From assembly GCA_037446635.1 (NCBI GenBank), contig JBBIIG010000008.1, positions 1,219 through 53,083 on the forward strand: DNA of 51,865 nt, read 5' to 3'. Both the position numbers and the translations under genes were made by a program. The notes under the pieces were generated by a model. That model was not told the origin of the DNA, made no database searches, and saw only the letters and a program-made list of their open reading frames with translations. Origin of the DNA: a bacterium (GTDB lineage: Bacteria; Zhuqueibacterota; Zhuqueibacteria; Oceanimicrobiales; Oceanimicrobiaceae). Below, in pieces: positions 9,382 through 19,877 of this stretch. How positions within the stretch are numbered: the stretch's first letter is position 1; every line of letters begins with the position of its first letter.

Positions 9382-11673
9382 TCATCTGCCGTTTGAGGAA
9401 TACCCGGAGTCCGTTACATTCTTTTGAACAAAAACAAATTGCCGACTGAGGCCGCCGATGGCAACCTTAAACTCGCCGCTTTCGGCAACCGGTTTGTTAT
9501 CGCGGCCAATGAACGTCAGATCGGATTCGTTCAGGGTGAAGGCCACGGTTTTGCTTTCACCGGGCGCCAGTTCAATTTTCTCGAAGCGCTTCAACCGCTT
9601 GTTGGCGGGAGTCACCGAGGCCACCAAATCGCTGAGATAAAGCTGGACCACCTCTTTGCCAGCGCGCTGCCCGCTATTCGAAACCGTCACCTGCACCTGC
9701 AGCTCTTCGCCGTTGGAAAGGGTATCCTGGTTTAGAACCAAATTCGAGTAGGCAAACGTGGTGTAGCTCAAGCCAAATCCAAACGGAAATTGCGGATGAT
9801 AATTTTTGTGATAGTCGTCGTTCTCGCTGTTTTTGTGATCGTAAAGCGTGAAGTCATTGACAAAGCGCGGATAGGTGATGGGCAGCTTGCCGCTGGGGTT
9901 GACATCGCCCGCGATGATATCGGCAATGGCTAACCCGCCTTCGTGACCGGGCAGGTAAGCCAAAAGGATAGCCTGCGCGTCATCGACGATGCGATTGATG
10001 ATGCGCGGCCGGCCCTGCGCCAGCACCAGCACCACGGGGGCGCCGGCGGCGTGGATCGCTTCTGCCAGTTTCAATTGCGCTTCATTCAATGTGAGGTCGG
10101 TGATGTTGCCGGGGGTTTCGCAGTAGGCCTCTTCGCCAAGACAGACAATCGCCACGTCGGCGTTTTTAGCCGCCGCGGCCGCTTCGGCAACGTTCACTTC
10201 CTCGGCGAAGGCAGCGCCTTCCACGTAGGCGACGCTTTCTTTGCCGAACTTTTGCTCCAGCGCCTGCAAAATGGTCAGCCTGTTTTTGGGATAGAGCTTC
10301 TCGTCGTTGCCCTGCCAGGTGATAGTCCAGCCGCCGTTGAGCGCCGACAGCCGGTTGGCCGTGGGTCCCGCGACCAGAATCCGCTTGCCCTTTGCGATGG
10401 GAAGAAGGCCGTCTGCGTTTTTGAGCAGGGTGATGGATTCCTGTGCTGCCTGCCGGGCGGCCCAACGAAAATCTTCGCTGGCAAACTTTTCTTTCAATTT
10501 TTTGTTGGGATACGGCTTTTCGAACAACCCTAATTCAAATTTCACTTTCAGAATCCGGCTCACCGCTTCATCGATGCGGGCAATGGGGACGCTGCCTTCT
10601 TTTGCCAGAGCCAGCAAGTGGTCGTAAAAGCTGAAATCCAGCGGCACCATACTCATATCGATGCCGGCCATGACGCTCATTTTTACCGCCTCTTTGTGCG
10701 AATTCGCAATCTTTTCACGCGTGTACAAATTCATGATGTCCTGCCAGTCCGAAACCACCAAGCCCTTGAAGCCAAGCTCATAGCGCAGCAACTCGGTGAG
10801 GTAGTAGCGGCTGGAATGAACCGGGATGCCGTTGATTTCCGAGGAGTTAATCATCACCGTGTGCACCCCGGCATCGATGGCGGCTTTGAAGCTGGGGACG
10901 CACACCTCCCACAACAGCCGCTCGGGAATATACGCCGGTGTGCGATCTTTGCCGGTGTAGGGCAGGCTGTAACCAATATAGTGTTTCATGCAGGCGGCGA
11001 CTTTATCCGGCCGGCTGATGTCGTTGTCATCCCCCTCCTGGCCTTTCACGTAGGCCACCCCCATGATCGACGCGAGATAGGGGTCTTCGCCGAAAGTCTC
11101 GAACAGCCGCGGCCACAGGGGCTGGCGCCCGATATCGAGCACAGGGTTGAAGTTCCAGGGAATACCGGCGGCGCGGGTTTCATAGGCGGTGATCGCGCCG
11201 TTCCTTTTCATCAACTCCTCGTTCCAGGTGGCGGCCATGCCCAAGTTTTGGGGAAAAATCGTCGCGTCCTGCACGTAATTGGCGCCATGAATAGAATCGA
11301 TGCCATATAAAATCGGAATCCCCAGGCGCGATTCCTTGGTGGCTACGTCCTGAATTTGCGAAATAATCTCGTGCCAATTTTCCACCGTGTAAGCCGCGCC
11401 CATCACATTTAAAATTGAGCCCACGTGATATTTCAAAATCGCCGCACGCAGCTTTTGCGGGTCCAGTTTGTGATAGCCGCCCACCGGCTGGTTGGGCACG
11501 GAGACAACGTCGATAGCGACCTGGGTCATCTGTCCAATCTTTTCCTCCAGCGTCATTTTTGACAGCAACTCCGCGACTTTCTTTTCTAAGACAGGCTCGT
11601 CCTTGCTTGCGGCGAACGCCGTTCCGATAAGCAGAAGAAGGCAGAGGCAAAAAACGCAGCTTCTAAATTTCAT
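9382..11673 (-). CDS. GH3 beta-glucosidase (BglX-like, exported)
   Basis: [27 protein letters not shown] nucleophile motif, FPFGFGLSYT, C-terminal Fn3-like domain; signal peptide MKFRSCVF. Confidence 0.93.
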   Translation of the reverse strand: MKFRSCVFCLCLLLLIGTAFAASKDEPVLEKKVAELLSKMTLEEKIGQMTQVAIDVVSVPNQPVGGYHKLDPQKLRAAILKYHVGSILNVMGAAYTVENWHEIISQIQDVATKESRLGIPILYGIDSIHGANYVQDATIFPQNLGMAATWNEELMKRNGAITAYETRAAGIPWNFNPVLDIGRQPLWPRLFETFGEDPYLASIMGVAYVKGQEGDDNDISRPDKVAACMKHYIGYSLPYTGKDRTPAYIPERLLWEVCVPSFKAAIDAGVHTVMINSSEINGIPVHSSRYYLTELLRYELGFKGLVVSDWQDIMNLYTREKIANSHKEAVKMSVMAGIDMSMVPLDFSFYDHLLALAKEGSVPIARIDEAVSRILKVKFELGLFEKPYPNKKLKEKFASEDFRWAARQAAQESITLLKNADGLLPIAKGKRILVAGPTANRLSALNGGWTITWQGNDEKLYPKNRLTILQALEQKFGKESVAYVEGAAFAEEVNVAEAAAAAKNADVAIVCLGEEAYCETPGNITDLTLNEAQLKLAEAIHAAGAPVVLVLAQGRPRIINRIVDDAQAILLAYLPGHEGGLAIADIIAGDVNPSGKLPITYPRFVNDFTLYDHKNSENDDYHKNYHPQFPFGFGLSYTTFAYSNLVLNQDTLSNGEELQVQVTVSNSGQRAGKEVVQLYLSDLVASVTPANKRLKRFEKIELAPGESKTVAFTLNESDLTFIGRDNKPVAESGEFKVAIGGLSRQFVFVQKNVTDSGYSSNGR

Positions 11674-11737
11674 TGAAGAATTCCTCAGTATCTGATGGGG
11701 CTTGGTTTGAGAAGTCCAATAACCTAAAACGCCTCTA

Positions 11738-11754
11738 ATCAAAAACTCTGCCAA
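11738..11754 (-). promoter_or_regulatory. sigma54-type -24/-12 promoter
   Basis: TTGGCAGAGTTTTTGAT, with an AT-rich tract and tandem palindromes upstream. Confidence 0.65.
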
Positions 11755-11830
11755 TAATATAGAAATAGATTTAAGTTTAAGTCTTATTAAATATTTAAAA
11801 TAGGAAGCTCTTCTAAATGGGTGTCAGAAA

Positions 11831-11871
11831 GTTATCAAAGTGATAATGATTCTGGTTATCGAATTAATAAC
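11831..11871. promoter_or_regulatory. Tandem palindromic operator or enhancer (2x TTATC-N5-GATAA)
   Basis: GTTATCAAAGTGATAAT and GTTATCGAATTAATAAC. The 16-mer AAAGTTATCAAAGTGA is identical at 18563-18578. Confidence 0.65.
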
Positions 11872-11872
11872 C

Positions 11873-14707
11873 TCACCTCAACAGAAGCGCTTTGCGAACG
11901 GCGGTAAATGGGCCCGATTCGATTCGGTAGATATAAAGGCCGCTGGACAGGTCGTCGGCATCAAACGAAACGACATGGCTGCCCGCCTCATGAACCCTAT
12001 CCACTAACGTCGCGATTTCCTCGCCCCCCACATTAAAAACTTTCAGCGTCACGTGACTCGCACGGGGAAGATAGTAGTGGATGCGCGTGGAAGCATTAAA
12101 TGGGTTGGGATAATTTTGGGACAACTCAAAATCGTTGGGCAGCGGCTCTTCCTCAATAACTTGCGTAACGAAACTGAATTCAAACCAATTGAGATTGAAT
12201 CCGCCGGCGCTGGCGTGCACTGTCAACGTTTGCGGGCCGCGTGGTAAATAAACGAACGTGCTCACCGTCTGCCAAACCTGCCAGCCGCCGGTGATCGGCA
12301 AATTTAGCGACCCAATGGTTGCGCCATCGCGCTGCAGTTGGATTTGGCCAGCGTGAGTGGCGCTGGCCACACGAAAACTCACCGAGTAGGCGCCGCCGGA
12401 CTGGACGTTTAAATTGTAGCGCATCCAATCCCCGGCATCGATCCAGCCGACATTGAGCCCGCCGCCGATATCGGAAGTTACCTCTGTCTGAATGCCGCTC
12501 ATGGCCGCATAGTCCTCCGCCTCAATTCGACCCGGCACGGCTTGAAATGGGGAGGAGGTAACCACGTCGTTATAAACCAATTCCGGCTCAAATGATGCTA
12601 ACTTGCCACCGTCCTCGGCATAGATGCTTCCTTCGATATAAGCCACCGTCACGACATCGTGTGCTGCAACAGAGGACGCCAGGGTCAGAATCAGGGTGGT
12701 TTCGTCTTCGGGCTTAAGCCGAGCATTCACGACGGTATTTTCCAGTCCGGAGACATTAACGATGAACTGCTCCGCTGATGACGACGGGTCCGCCATTCTT
12801 TTGTTGAACGTCACTTCCACGGCGCGGCCATCACTTGTGGTAGCGGCTGAATAAAATTCGGGAGGCGATCCCGGCGCAGAGTTAGCAAAAGAGGAGATGC
12901 CGTGATTGTAAGGAAAAAGCGGATTGTAATTCAAGTCGCCGTAATTGATGGGGATTTGCTCCATATTTCGTGGCCAGGAATGACTGAGCTTACCCTTGGG
13001 CGGGTGGTCACCAAATAACACGTCGGTTACCCCCAGGCCTTCGGTGCCAGGAAGCCAAGCTGCGAAAATGGCATCACAATAGTGCAAAATAGGCGTGAGA
13101 ATCAACGGGCGGCCAGAGATCACAATCACCACGACTTTTAAACCGGCGTTCTTGAGATTTCGCACGGTTCGAATGTCTTCTTCTGTCAGGGACAAATCCG
13201 CGCGGTCGCCGCGGCCCTCCGCATAGGGCGTCTCGCCTATGATTGCAATACCGACATCTGCGCCATCGGCTTGAGTTCCGTCCACGGTAAAGGTTACGTT
13301 GGCCCCCTGCGCTGCCTTACGAATGGCCTCCAGGATAGTGGTGCCGATAGTAATGGCTCCGCTGCCGCCTTGCCAGGTGATGGTCCAGCCGCCGCACTGA
13401 TAGCCGAGGTTATCGGCATGTTTGCCCGCGACGTGGATACGCGTCAAATTTTTCGAGATGGGCAAAACGCCGTCTTTCTTTTTTAACAGAATCAGCGACT
13501 CGCGCACACACGCGCGCGCTACCTCACGGTGTTCTGTCGAACCGATCTGGCTGGTGAGGCTGCGGTCCGTGAACGGCCACTCAAACAAACCCAACTTGAA
13601 TTTGATGCGCAGAATGCGGCGCAGCGCATCATCGATGCGGGACTCGCTGATTTTGCCTTCTTCCACCAACGACTTAAGGGTATGAATAAACTCTGGATAG
13701 CGATTGGGCACCATGACCATATCGATGCCGGCGTTGATGGAGGTCTCCACGTCGCTGGAGTAGGAGCCGGGCAACTGGTCGATTCCCGCCCAGTCGGAAA
13801 CCACGAATCCCTCAAAACCCAATTCCTCCTTTAAAACGGTGGTGAGCAAATAGTGGTGGCCGTGCAGCTTCTGGCCATTCCAACTGCTGAAGGAGGCCAT
13901 AATCGACCCCACGCCGGCTGCAATGGCCGCGATGTATCCCGGCAGATGAATGGCGCGCAGGGTCGCTTCGTCCACCCGGGTGTCCCCTTGATCGATGCCG
14001 TTGGTGGTGCCGCCGTCGCCCACGTAGTGCTTCGCGCACGCCAATATCGTGCTCCCGTCCGCTAAATCCTGACCCTGAAAGCCGCGAACCGATGCTCCAG
14101 CCATGTGCTCCGCCAGTTCAGACGTCTCGCCAAAGCCCTCGTAGGTACGGCCCCAACGCTCGTCCCGCGGCACCGCAATGCACGGCCCAAACGTCCAATC
14201 GATGCCCGTGCCAGCCACCTCTTTCGCCGTGATGCGCGCCGCGGCTTCCACCAGCGAATCATTGCGGGTGCAGCCCATGCCAATGTTGTGGGGAAAAATC
14301 ACCGCGCCTTTCACATTGTTGTGGCCATGCACTGCGTCGATGCCGTAAATCAGGGGAATCCTGAGCCGGGTTTGCAAGGCGTAGCTTTGATACCGGTCGT
14401 ACATATCGGCCCAACTGTCAGGCGTGTTGACGGGCGGACTTGAGCCGCCGCCGCTGAGCAGAGAACCGAGGCCGTATTCCCTGATATCATCTTCGCTTTG
14501 CAGGTACTGACGGTCGGCCTGGGTCATCTGTCCGATCTTTTCTTCCAGTGTCATCCGGCTGAGCAAATCCTCCACCCGTGCATCAATAGCGGCGGTGGAG
14601 TCGAGATAGATTTGGGAATAAAGCGCCGGGGTGAAAACGAGGGTAGAAACTGAGATGAGGAACCAGCGAATCGCCTCAACGCGTCGTGATTGCTTGATTC
14701 TCTTCAT
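11873..14707 (-). CDS. Secreted GH3 exo-beta-glucanase/beta-glucosidase with Ig-like, CBM6-like and CTD domains
   Basis: [58 protein letters not shown] resembles CBM6; [16 protein letters not shown]. Confidence 0.92.
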   Translation of the reverse strand: MKRIKQSRRVEAIRWFLISVSTLVFTPALYSQIYLDSTAAIDARVEDLLSRMTLEEKIGQMTQADRQYLQSEDDIREYGLGSLLSGGGSSPPVNTPDSWADMYDRYQSYALQTRLRIPLIYGIDAVHGHNNVKGAVIFPHNIGMGCTRNDSLVEAAARITAKEVAGTGIDWTFGPCIAVPRDERWGRTYEGFGETSELAEHMAGASVRGFQGQDLADGSTILACAKHYVGDGGTTNGIDQGDTRVDEATLRAIHLPGYIAAIAAGVGSIMASFSSWNGQKLHGHHYLLTTVLKEELGFEGFVVSDWAGIDQLPGSYSSDVETSINAGIDMVMVPNRYPEFIHTLKSLVEEGKISESRIDDALRRILRIKFKLGLFEWPFTDRSLTSQIGSTEHREVARACVRESLILLKKKDGVLPISKNLTRIHVAGKHADNLGYQCGGWTITWQGGSGAITIGTTILEAIRKAAQGANVTFTVDGTQADGADVGIAIIGETPYAEGRGDRADLSLTEEDIRTVRNLKNAGLKVVVIVISGRPLILTPILHYCDAIFAAWLPGTEGLGVTDVLFGDHPPKGKLSHSWPRNMEQIPINYGDLNYNPLFPYNHGISSFANSAPGSPPEFYSAATTSDGRAVEVTFNKRMADPSSSAEQFIVNVSGLENTVVNARLKPEDETTLILTLASSVAAHDVVTVAYIEGSIYAEDGGKLASFEPELVYNDVVTSSPFQAVPGRIEAEDYAAMSGIQTEVTSDIGGGLNVGWIDAGDWMRYNLNVQSGGAYSVSFRVASATHAGQIQLQRDGATIGSLNLPITGGWQVWQTVSTFVYLPRGPQTLTVHASAGGFNLNWFEFSFVTQVIEEEPLPNDFELSQNYPNPFNASTRIHYYLPRASHVTLKVFNVGGEEIATLVDRVHEAGSHVVSFDADDLSSGLYIYRIESGPFTAVRKALLLR

Positions 14708-16652
14708 AAATCAGCCTGTGCAAGAATATCTTCGCGGGTTCAAAATTGGGGTCGTCGCGTAGTAAACCCAAAAGAACCTGGCGGGCCGCGTCCGGATTCT
14801 GAGCGTCGGCATAAAATCCCGCCAAGTAGAAGCCGGCGTTTTGCTTTTCTTTAAAATTGAGATCGGGTTGGCGCAACGCGGCGCTCATGCTGGCGATGGC
14901 CCCATCTAACTTCTTTTGCCGCCATTGCGCGAGGGCGATTTGATACTGAATCTTGCCCTTCTCGCGGCTGAACGGCAACGCCAGCCTGAGATAGGCCTCC
15001 CGCTGCGGCCAGGCCTGCTCCATCTCATAGGTTTTGGCCACTTGCAAATAGGGATAAGGATCCTCCGGTGCAAACAGAATCACCCCCAGATATTCATTGC
15101 GCGCTTTTTCTAATTCGTTTCGTTTGATAAATTCCGCCGCCATTTTGTATTTCGCCTTGGACCAGACGTTTTCCACAAACAAGTACTCGCGGGCAATTTT
15201 CGCGGCCAGGGGATCGCCGTGAGGCTGGTAGTCATCAAACGTCAGCGCTTTTTCCGGAAAGGGCCAGCGGTGAATCATCTCAAAAATTTTCAAGAGACCG
15301 ATATCCCAATCCAGATCGCTGACAAAATACGGTGAGTTCGCGGGTTGAAAATCTGTGGTGGGACCACTCACATAGCCGGTGGCTACGATGTGGTCATAAA
15401 ATGCCCGCGCCATCAAATAGTAGCCATTGGGATTGGGGTGTAAGTGATCGCACATTAAGTTTGCGCCAATAAGCCCCTGGGGTGAATGGCTTGCAAACCA
15501 ACGCTGCATGTTAACAAAATCTGCCGGAGATGAATCAGCCGCTTTCGACAATATCGTGTTCACTTCTTCGCTGGCGCGGAAGCGAATGAGGTCACGATCT
15601 TTTGCTTCATAATAATGATGCGCCGCCTGTGTACTATCGCCCATCGCATCATAGGCCTTACCTAACCTGAACCACAAAAACGCTGCCGAAGAGTCTATTG
15701 CCATCGCCCTACTGTACGCTATTATGCTCTCTTCTCCATTTTTCAGTCGCAAAAGAGAATCGCCTGACGCAATTGCTCGTTCATATTCCTGTCGGGCGGA
15801 TTTAGGCAGATCCGGCGTAAGGCTGTGAAACGGCGCAAGGTCGCGAACGTTGGAAACCAAATTGCTGATCACCACCGGCGTCTTTTTTTGCGCGCACATT
15901 TGCAGAATGATGCGCAAATTATCCTCAAAATTGTGAAGGGTGCGCCTATACGTCTCCGAAGCCAATGCAATTTCCTGATCACGAATGACATCGGCCATGA
16001 GGGTGCGGCCTTTTTGCGAGGGCGCGCTTTCGGAAGCAAATCCGGAGAGCACTCGCTTCAACAGTTGCACCAGGTGCAGCTTCTGCAATTTCAGATAAAA
16101 GCGAATGTAGCCCCCGTTGGAGCCGACATTCAAGGTGGAGGCGCTGCCATACGCGCCGTAAAACTCGTTGTGGCCGAGATAGATTAAGATAAGATCGGGT
16201 GCGTGCTCCAAAATCTCCGGCAGCAAATCGAGCACCGTGAAACTGTTGACCGCAGAAATACCGGCGTTGATGACCTCAAACTTATATTGCGGATAAGTTT
16301 GGCGCAGCAAATAAGAAAGCTGCTTGGGAAAGGGCACCTGGCAGTCGAACGGGAAGCCGGCGGTGGTGGATTCGCCGAGGCAAAAAATGCGAAAGGTGTT
16401 GGCGGTTTTGTATTTCGAGAACGTTTCGGGAGCAACCGCCGGTACCGAGACCTTTTTGGGGTCAAAATAACGGCGGGCCACCCACTGGTTCAACTGGTAA
16501 ACCGGCAGAGAATTTTTTTGCGATTCAATGATGAAAGGCTCCGGCCGGAACCACCCAAACAAACGCAGGCCGAATTCAAGAAGAAGAAAAAATCCAATCG
16601 GGAGAATCGTCAGGCCGATGGTAAAAATGATTTTTCGCGCGCGAGGATTCAT
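14676..16652 (-). CDS. Membrane-anchored SGNH/GDSL hydrolase with TPR repeats
   Basis: N-terminal TM helix; CLGESTTAG (block I), YLGHNEFYG (block III), DHLHPN (block V); TPR-like helices. Confidence 0.8.
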   Translation of the reverse strand: MNPRARKIIFTIGLTILPIGFFLLLEFGLRLFGWFRPEPFIIESQKNSLPVYQLNQWVARRYFDPKKVSVPAVAPETFSKYKTANTFRIFCLGESTTAGFPFDCQVPFPKQLSYLLRQTYPQYKFEVINAGISAVNSFTVLDLLPEILEHAPDLILIYLGHNEFYGAYGSASTLNVGSNGGYIRFYLKLQKLHLVQLLKRVLSGFASESAPSQKGRTLMADVIRDQEIALASETYRRTLHNFEDNLRIILQMCAQKKTPVVISNLVSNVRDLAPFHSLTPDLPKSARQEYERAIASGDSLLRLKNGEESIIAYSRAMAIDSSAAFLWFRLGKAYDAMGDSTQAAHHYYEAKDRDLIRFRASEEVNTILSKAADSSPADFVNMQRWFASHSPQGLIGANLMCDHLHPNPNGYYLMARAFYDHIVATGYVSGPTTDFQPANSPYFVSDLDWDIGLLKIFEMIHRWPFPEKALTFDDYQPHGDPLAAKIAREYLFVENVWSKAKYKMAAEFIKRNELEKARNEYLGVILFAPEDPYPYLQVAKTYEMEQAWPQREAYLRLALPFSREKGKIQYQIALAQWRQKKLDGAIASMSAALRQPDLNFKEKQNAGFYLAGFYADAQNPDAARQVLLGLLRDDPNFEPAKIFLHRLIYEENQAITTR

Positions 16653-18463
16653 CGCAACAAAATGGCTTTTTTGACCCGCCGGGGCCGGTCGTCCAAAATC
16701 AAATTCACAAAATAGAGGCCGCTGCTGAAACGGGACAAATGGAGCGGCAACGAGTAGTCGCCCACCGGCTGAAACGCATCCACCAGCGTATCCACGCGCT
16801 GGCCGGCGAGGTTAAACACTTCGAGCCTGACGTGGCCGGCCGCACTCAGGCTGTACGCCACGGTGGCGTTGGGGTTAAATGGGTTGGGGTAAATATCAAG
16901 CTGGAAATTCTCAGGGATGACCGGGGCGCGGCCCATTCCGGTTGGCAAAGCTCTGGCAATTTGCAGGCCGTTGAGAATGGTCTGGCCAACCTTGCTTTTG
17001 AAATAGAGATTGAGCACGCCATCGCTGACAGCCACCTTCTCGAAAGAGAGTTTGAGCGCGGCGCGTTTGCCAGCATGAGCCACTACATCGACATTTTCCG
17101 CCAGTAACTGATGGTCGGCGAATAGGTCAAACACCCTCTGGCCCGGCTGATCGAAGTCGAACTCAGCCAGCAAAAAGGTCAAATTGTACAGGCCCGGTGG
17201 AACGCGCACATTATAAAAATTGACGCCCTTCAATTGCGAATCGAACACCGCCTGCTCGCCGGCCTGGGCGCCGGAGACCGATCCGGCCGGAAGAATGGTT
17301 GACGTTCCGCCGACGGCGCCGTACTCCAGCCCGGCGTTCCAGGCTTGGTCGCCGCGAAACTCAGCCGCGGACTCCGCGCCAACATTGATTTTTATCGGCA
17401 GCGGCACGGCATTAGCAATGAGCCGATTCTGCAGTGGCATGGTGTGCGGTGGGTTGGCACGGTCTTTAATTTTACTGACAATAATCGGATAGGAAACGCT
17501 TAAGTCCAGAGAGTCGGTGGCCAATTCCACGGATTTGCTATCCGCCAGCAGCGCCGCCGATTTGACGGTGATGCCGGGGATGATGTAATGGCCAACGGTC
17601 TCGGCGCTGGCCTGCTCAATTTCTTCCGAAAAATAGACGTGAACCCGATCTTCGAACGCGTGCGCCCACACTAAGTAGGGCGCGTCCACGTCTTCGTCCA
17701 CGATGGCGGCGCCGCTGTAGCCAATTTCCTCGGGCGTGGTCAGGCAAAGAATCAGGTAGCCATCCTGAAACACGGCGTTTTCAGGGATGAACTGGGAGTT
17801 GTTGCCGTCCCAGGTGTGGGTGCCTTTGTCCCAGCGCAGTTGGTTCCACGAGTCGAAATCGTCCGTCCAGTCGAGCGTGAAGTTGTCGCCGATGCCGGGT
17901 GTGTATTCATAACACTTGACCCAGTCGTAGTAAGCATAAAACGGCAGGGTGTCGGCATTGAAGACGCCCACCCAATCTTCGTAAATGGGCTGCCAGATGT
18001 TCATCATAATTTTCTGAGCGTAGTGTAGGGTTTGAATGTGGGGCTCGGTCTGGCGATACACCTCGTAGCCGTCCACCTGCCACGCCACGTAATCGGGCGT
18101 CCACTCGATGGCGTAAACATGAAAGGCCTGATGGGGATTGAACTTCGCCGTGTGCCGGAAGACGTGATTGACCACGCCGGGGGTGATGGTATTAAACTGC
18201 ACTTCATTGGTGTAGCGGCCCAAAATTTCGATATCAATTTCATTCCAGTGGGCGTTGGGATTTTCATCGTGATACGTAAAGAACGAACACAACATGCCGC
18301 TGCCAAAAGCGGACTTCAGTCGCACTTCAAAGCGGCCGTAAGTGTAGGATTGAATGGTGCGCAGCTCGGCCCCACGATAGGGTTTTTGGGCGGACGACGT
18401 TTGTGGCATAGTGATGACGAACATGAGGATAGCGATTCTAATCAGCAACGTGGAAAGAGACAT
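16649..18463 (-). CDS. GH16 beta-1,3(4)-glucanase (licheninase-like) with Ig-like, malectin-like and CTD domains
   Basis: YGRFEVR, WNEIDIE catalytic motif, FHVYAIEWTPD; F.E..FDQPGQRVFD malectin motif; IYPNPFNP CTD. Confidence 0.9.
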   Translation of the reverse strand: MSLSTLLIRIAILMFVITMPQTSSAQKPYRGAELRTIQSYTYGRFEVRLKSAFGSGMLCSFFTYHDENPNAHWNEIDIEILGRYTNEVQFNTITPGVVNHVFRHTAKFNPHQAFHVYAIEWTPDYVAWQVDGYEVYRQTEPHIQTLHYAQKIMMNIWQPIYEDWVGVFNADTLPFYAYYDWVKCYEYTPGIGDNFTLDWTDDFDSWNQLRWDKGTHTWDGNNSQFIPENAVFQDGYLILCLTTPEEIGYSGAAIVDEDVDAPYLVWAHAFEDRVHVYFSEEIEQASAETVGHYIIPGITVKSAALLADSKSVELATDSLDLSVSYPIIVSKIKDRANPPHTMPLQNRLIANAVPLPIKINVGAESAAEFRGDQAWNAGLEYGAVGGTSTILPAGSVSGAQAGEQAVFDSQLKGVNFYNVRVPPGLYNLTFLLAEFDFDQPGQRVFDLFADHQLLAENVDVVAHAGKRAALKLSFEKVAVSDGVLNLYFKSKVGQTILNGLQIARALPTGMGRAPVIPENFQLDIYPNPFNPNATVAYSLSAAGHVRLEVFNLAGQRVDTLVDAFQPVGDYSLPLHLSRFSSGLYFVNLILDDRPRRVKKAILLR

Positions 18464-18508
18464 AATTCGTTCCTTGTAAGTTCGGACGGGGCTTAAACAT
18501 TATAAAAA

Positions 18509-18525
18509 AACAAGAATAATGCCAG
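18509..18525 (-). promoter_or_regulatory. sigma54-type -24/-12 promoter
   Basis: CTGGCATTATTCTTGTT, ~46 bp upstream of the GH16 start. Confidence 0.55.
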
Positions 18526-18565
18526 CCGGAGCCGCAGGCTGAATTTAAGAAAAATCAGGGGCAAA

Positions 18566-18604
18566 GTTATCAAAGTGAGAACATGGGGTTATTAGTTTGA
18601 TAAG
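18566..18604. promoter_or_regulatory. Tandem palindromic operator or enhancer (2x TTATC-N5-GATAA)
   Basis: GTTATCAAAGTGAGAAC and GTTATTAGTTTGATAAG; matches 11831-11871. Confidence 0.65.
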
Positions 18605-18605
18605 A

Positions 18606-18633
18606 TTTGGACTGCTGAAGCCGCACTTCAGCT
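18606..18633. repeat. Dispersed REP copy (TTTGGA[C/G]TGCTGAAGCCGC[A/G]CTTCAGCT)
   Basis: 26/28 identical to the reverse complement of the REP at 41286-41313. Confidence 0.75.
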
Positions 18634-18729
18634 GGCGCCCAGCCTATGGCTGCGGTTCGCCGCCACCGCCGCTGGCCGGAACAGCGATGCTTAGTCTCGG
18701 CATGATAAACCTCCTTGGTTTAGTCCGCA

Positions 18730-19869
18730 TTATACTTTGAGTTCGCATGCTACCGAGCAAATTTTTTCGTCCCTCTTGTAAACATATATCGTCTTTAACG
18801 GCACCCGCAATTCCACCGGCTCAATGTTAAATCGAATGCGGCCCAACAGCACGCCTTCTTCGGTTTCAACGTTCACCCGCCACTCTCCGGGAACGATGTT
18901 GGTTTTACGGGTGACGCCGCGGTAGCCGCCCTCGCGGTAGCCGGTAATCACGTAAGCCAGCCGATCGGTGGTCAGCCACTTTTTTTGATGGGGTGAAAAT
19001 TGTTGCCAGTGGTGAACGATTTTCTTGGTCAATCGCGTGGGCGCAAAAACCGCGGTGAAGCAAACCACGGTGTCGCCCGGGGCGTATCGAAACGGGTCGT
19101 CCGAATTTTTGAAAATTTGGTACCAGCGCGGCTGCTCGAATTTTAATTTGAAGAGATCGCTTTCTTTGCTGGCGTGATGATAGACGCCGCCGTACTTCAG
19201 CGACAGCGGCACCGGCGGAATCCAATTTTGCCAATAAAAGAAATTCATCAGTACAAACAAACCGGCCACCAGGCTGGCGGCCAAGTGAAATTGTTTTCGA
19301 GAAGCGAAGATGTTTTGTTTGCGGAGAATATGAACCACCCCTAACACCAAAAGCACACTCAAGATCCCACCGCCGGTGAAAGTAAAAACGTTCATTCGTT
19401 TGACCAGCACCGGCACGAAGAAAATGAAAAACGAAAACGCCGCCAGGAAGTAAAGCGCCAGCAGCAGATAAATATTCTTCAGACGATCTTTGAGAAATTC
19501 GTTGGCGACCAGCAGCGCGATCAGCAGCCCCAGGTAAATAGCGGTGTTGCTCAAGGAAGCGCTTTTGAAGTAGAAAATCACGTACGCGCTGAACAGGCTT
19601 CCCAAAAAGAATTGCAGCGCGTTGGGGTACCACTCGCGGTATTTCAAAATTTTGGGGTGGCGAATTTTATGGTGCTCGATCAACGCAACGAGAATGATCA
19701 GGCCGCCGAGCAGAAAAAGATAAATCAACAGAATGGAGTTGTCGAGGAATTGGTCGATGCGCTTGAGAGTGACGCTGTCCCAGGTGAAGCCGCCAAAAAA
19801 GAAAGCGATGGGGTTATATTTTTTGTAGCGCTCATAAAAGCTTTTGATGTTTAAAATCAGCTCGAACAT
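18730..19869 (-). CDS. DUF2914-family membrane protein
   Basis: Multiple TM helices followed by CFTAVFAP..IVHHW..GYREGGYRG..PGEWRVNVET Ig-like domain. Confidence 0.75.
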   Translation of the reverse strand: MFELILNIKSFYERYKKYNPIAFFFGGFTWDSVTLKRIDQFLDNSILLIYLFLLGGLIILVALIEHHKIRHPKILKYREWYPNALQFFLGSLFSAYVIFYFKSASLSNTAIYLGLLIALLVANEFLKDRLKNIYLLLALYFLAAFSFFIFFVPVLVKRMNVFTFTGGGILSVLLVLGVVHILRKQNIFASRKQFHLAASLVAGLFVLMNFFYWQNWIPPVPLSLKYGGVYHHASKESDLFKLKFEQPRWYQIFKNSDDPFRYAPGDTVVCFTAVFAPTRLTKKIVHHWQQFSPHQKKWLTTDRLAYVITGYREGGYRGVTRKTNIVPGEWRVNVETEEGVLLGRIRFNIEPVELRVPLKTIYVYKRDEKICSVACELKV

Positions 19870-19877
19870 AAAGCCAA

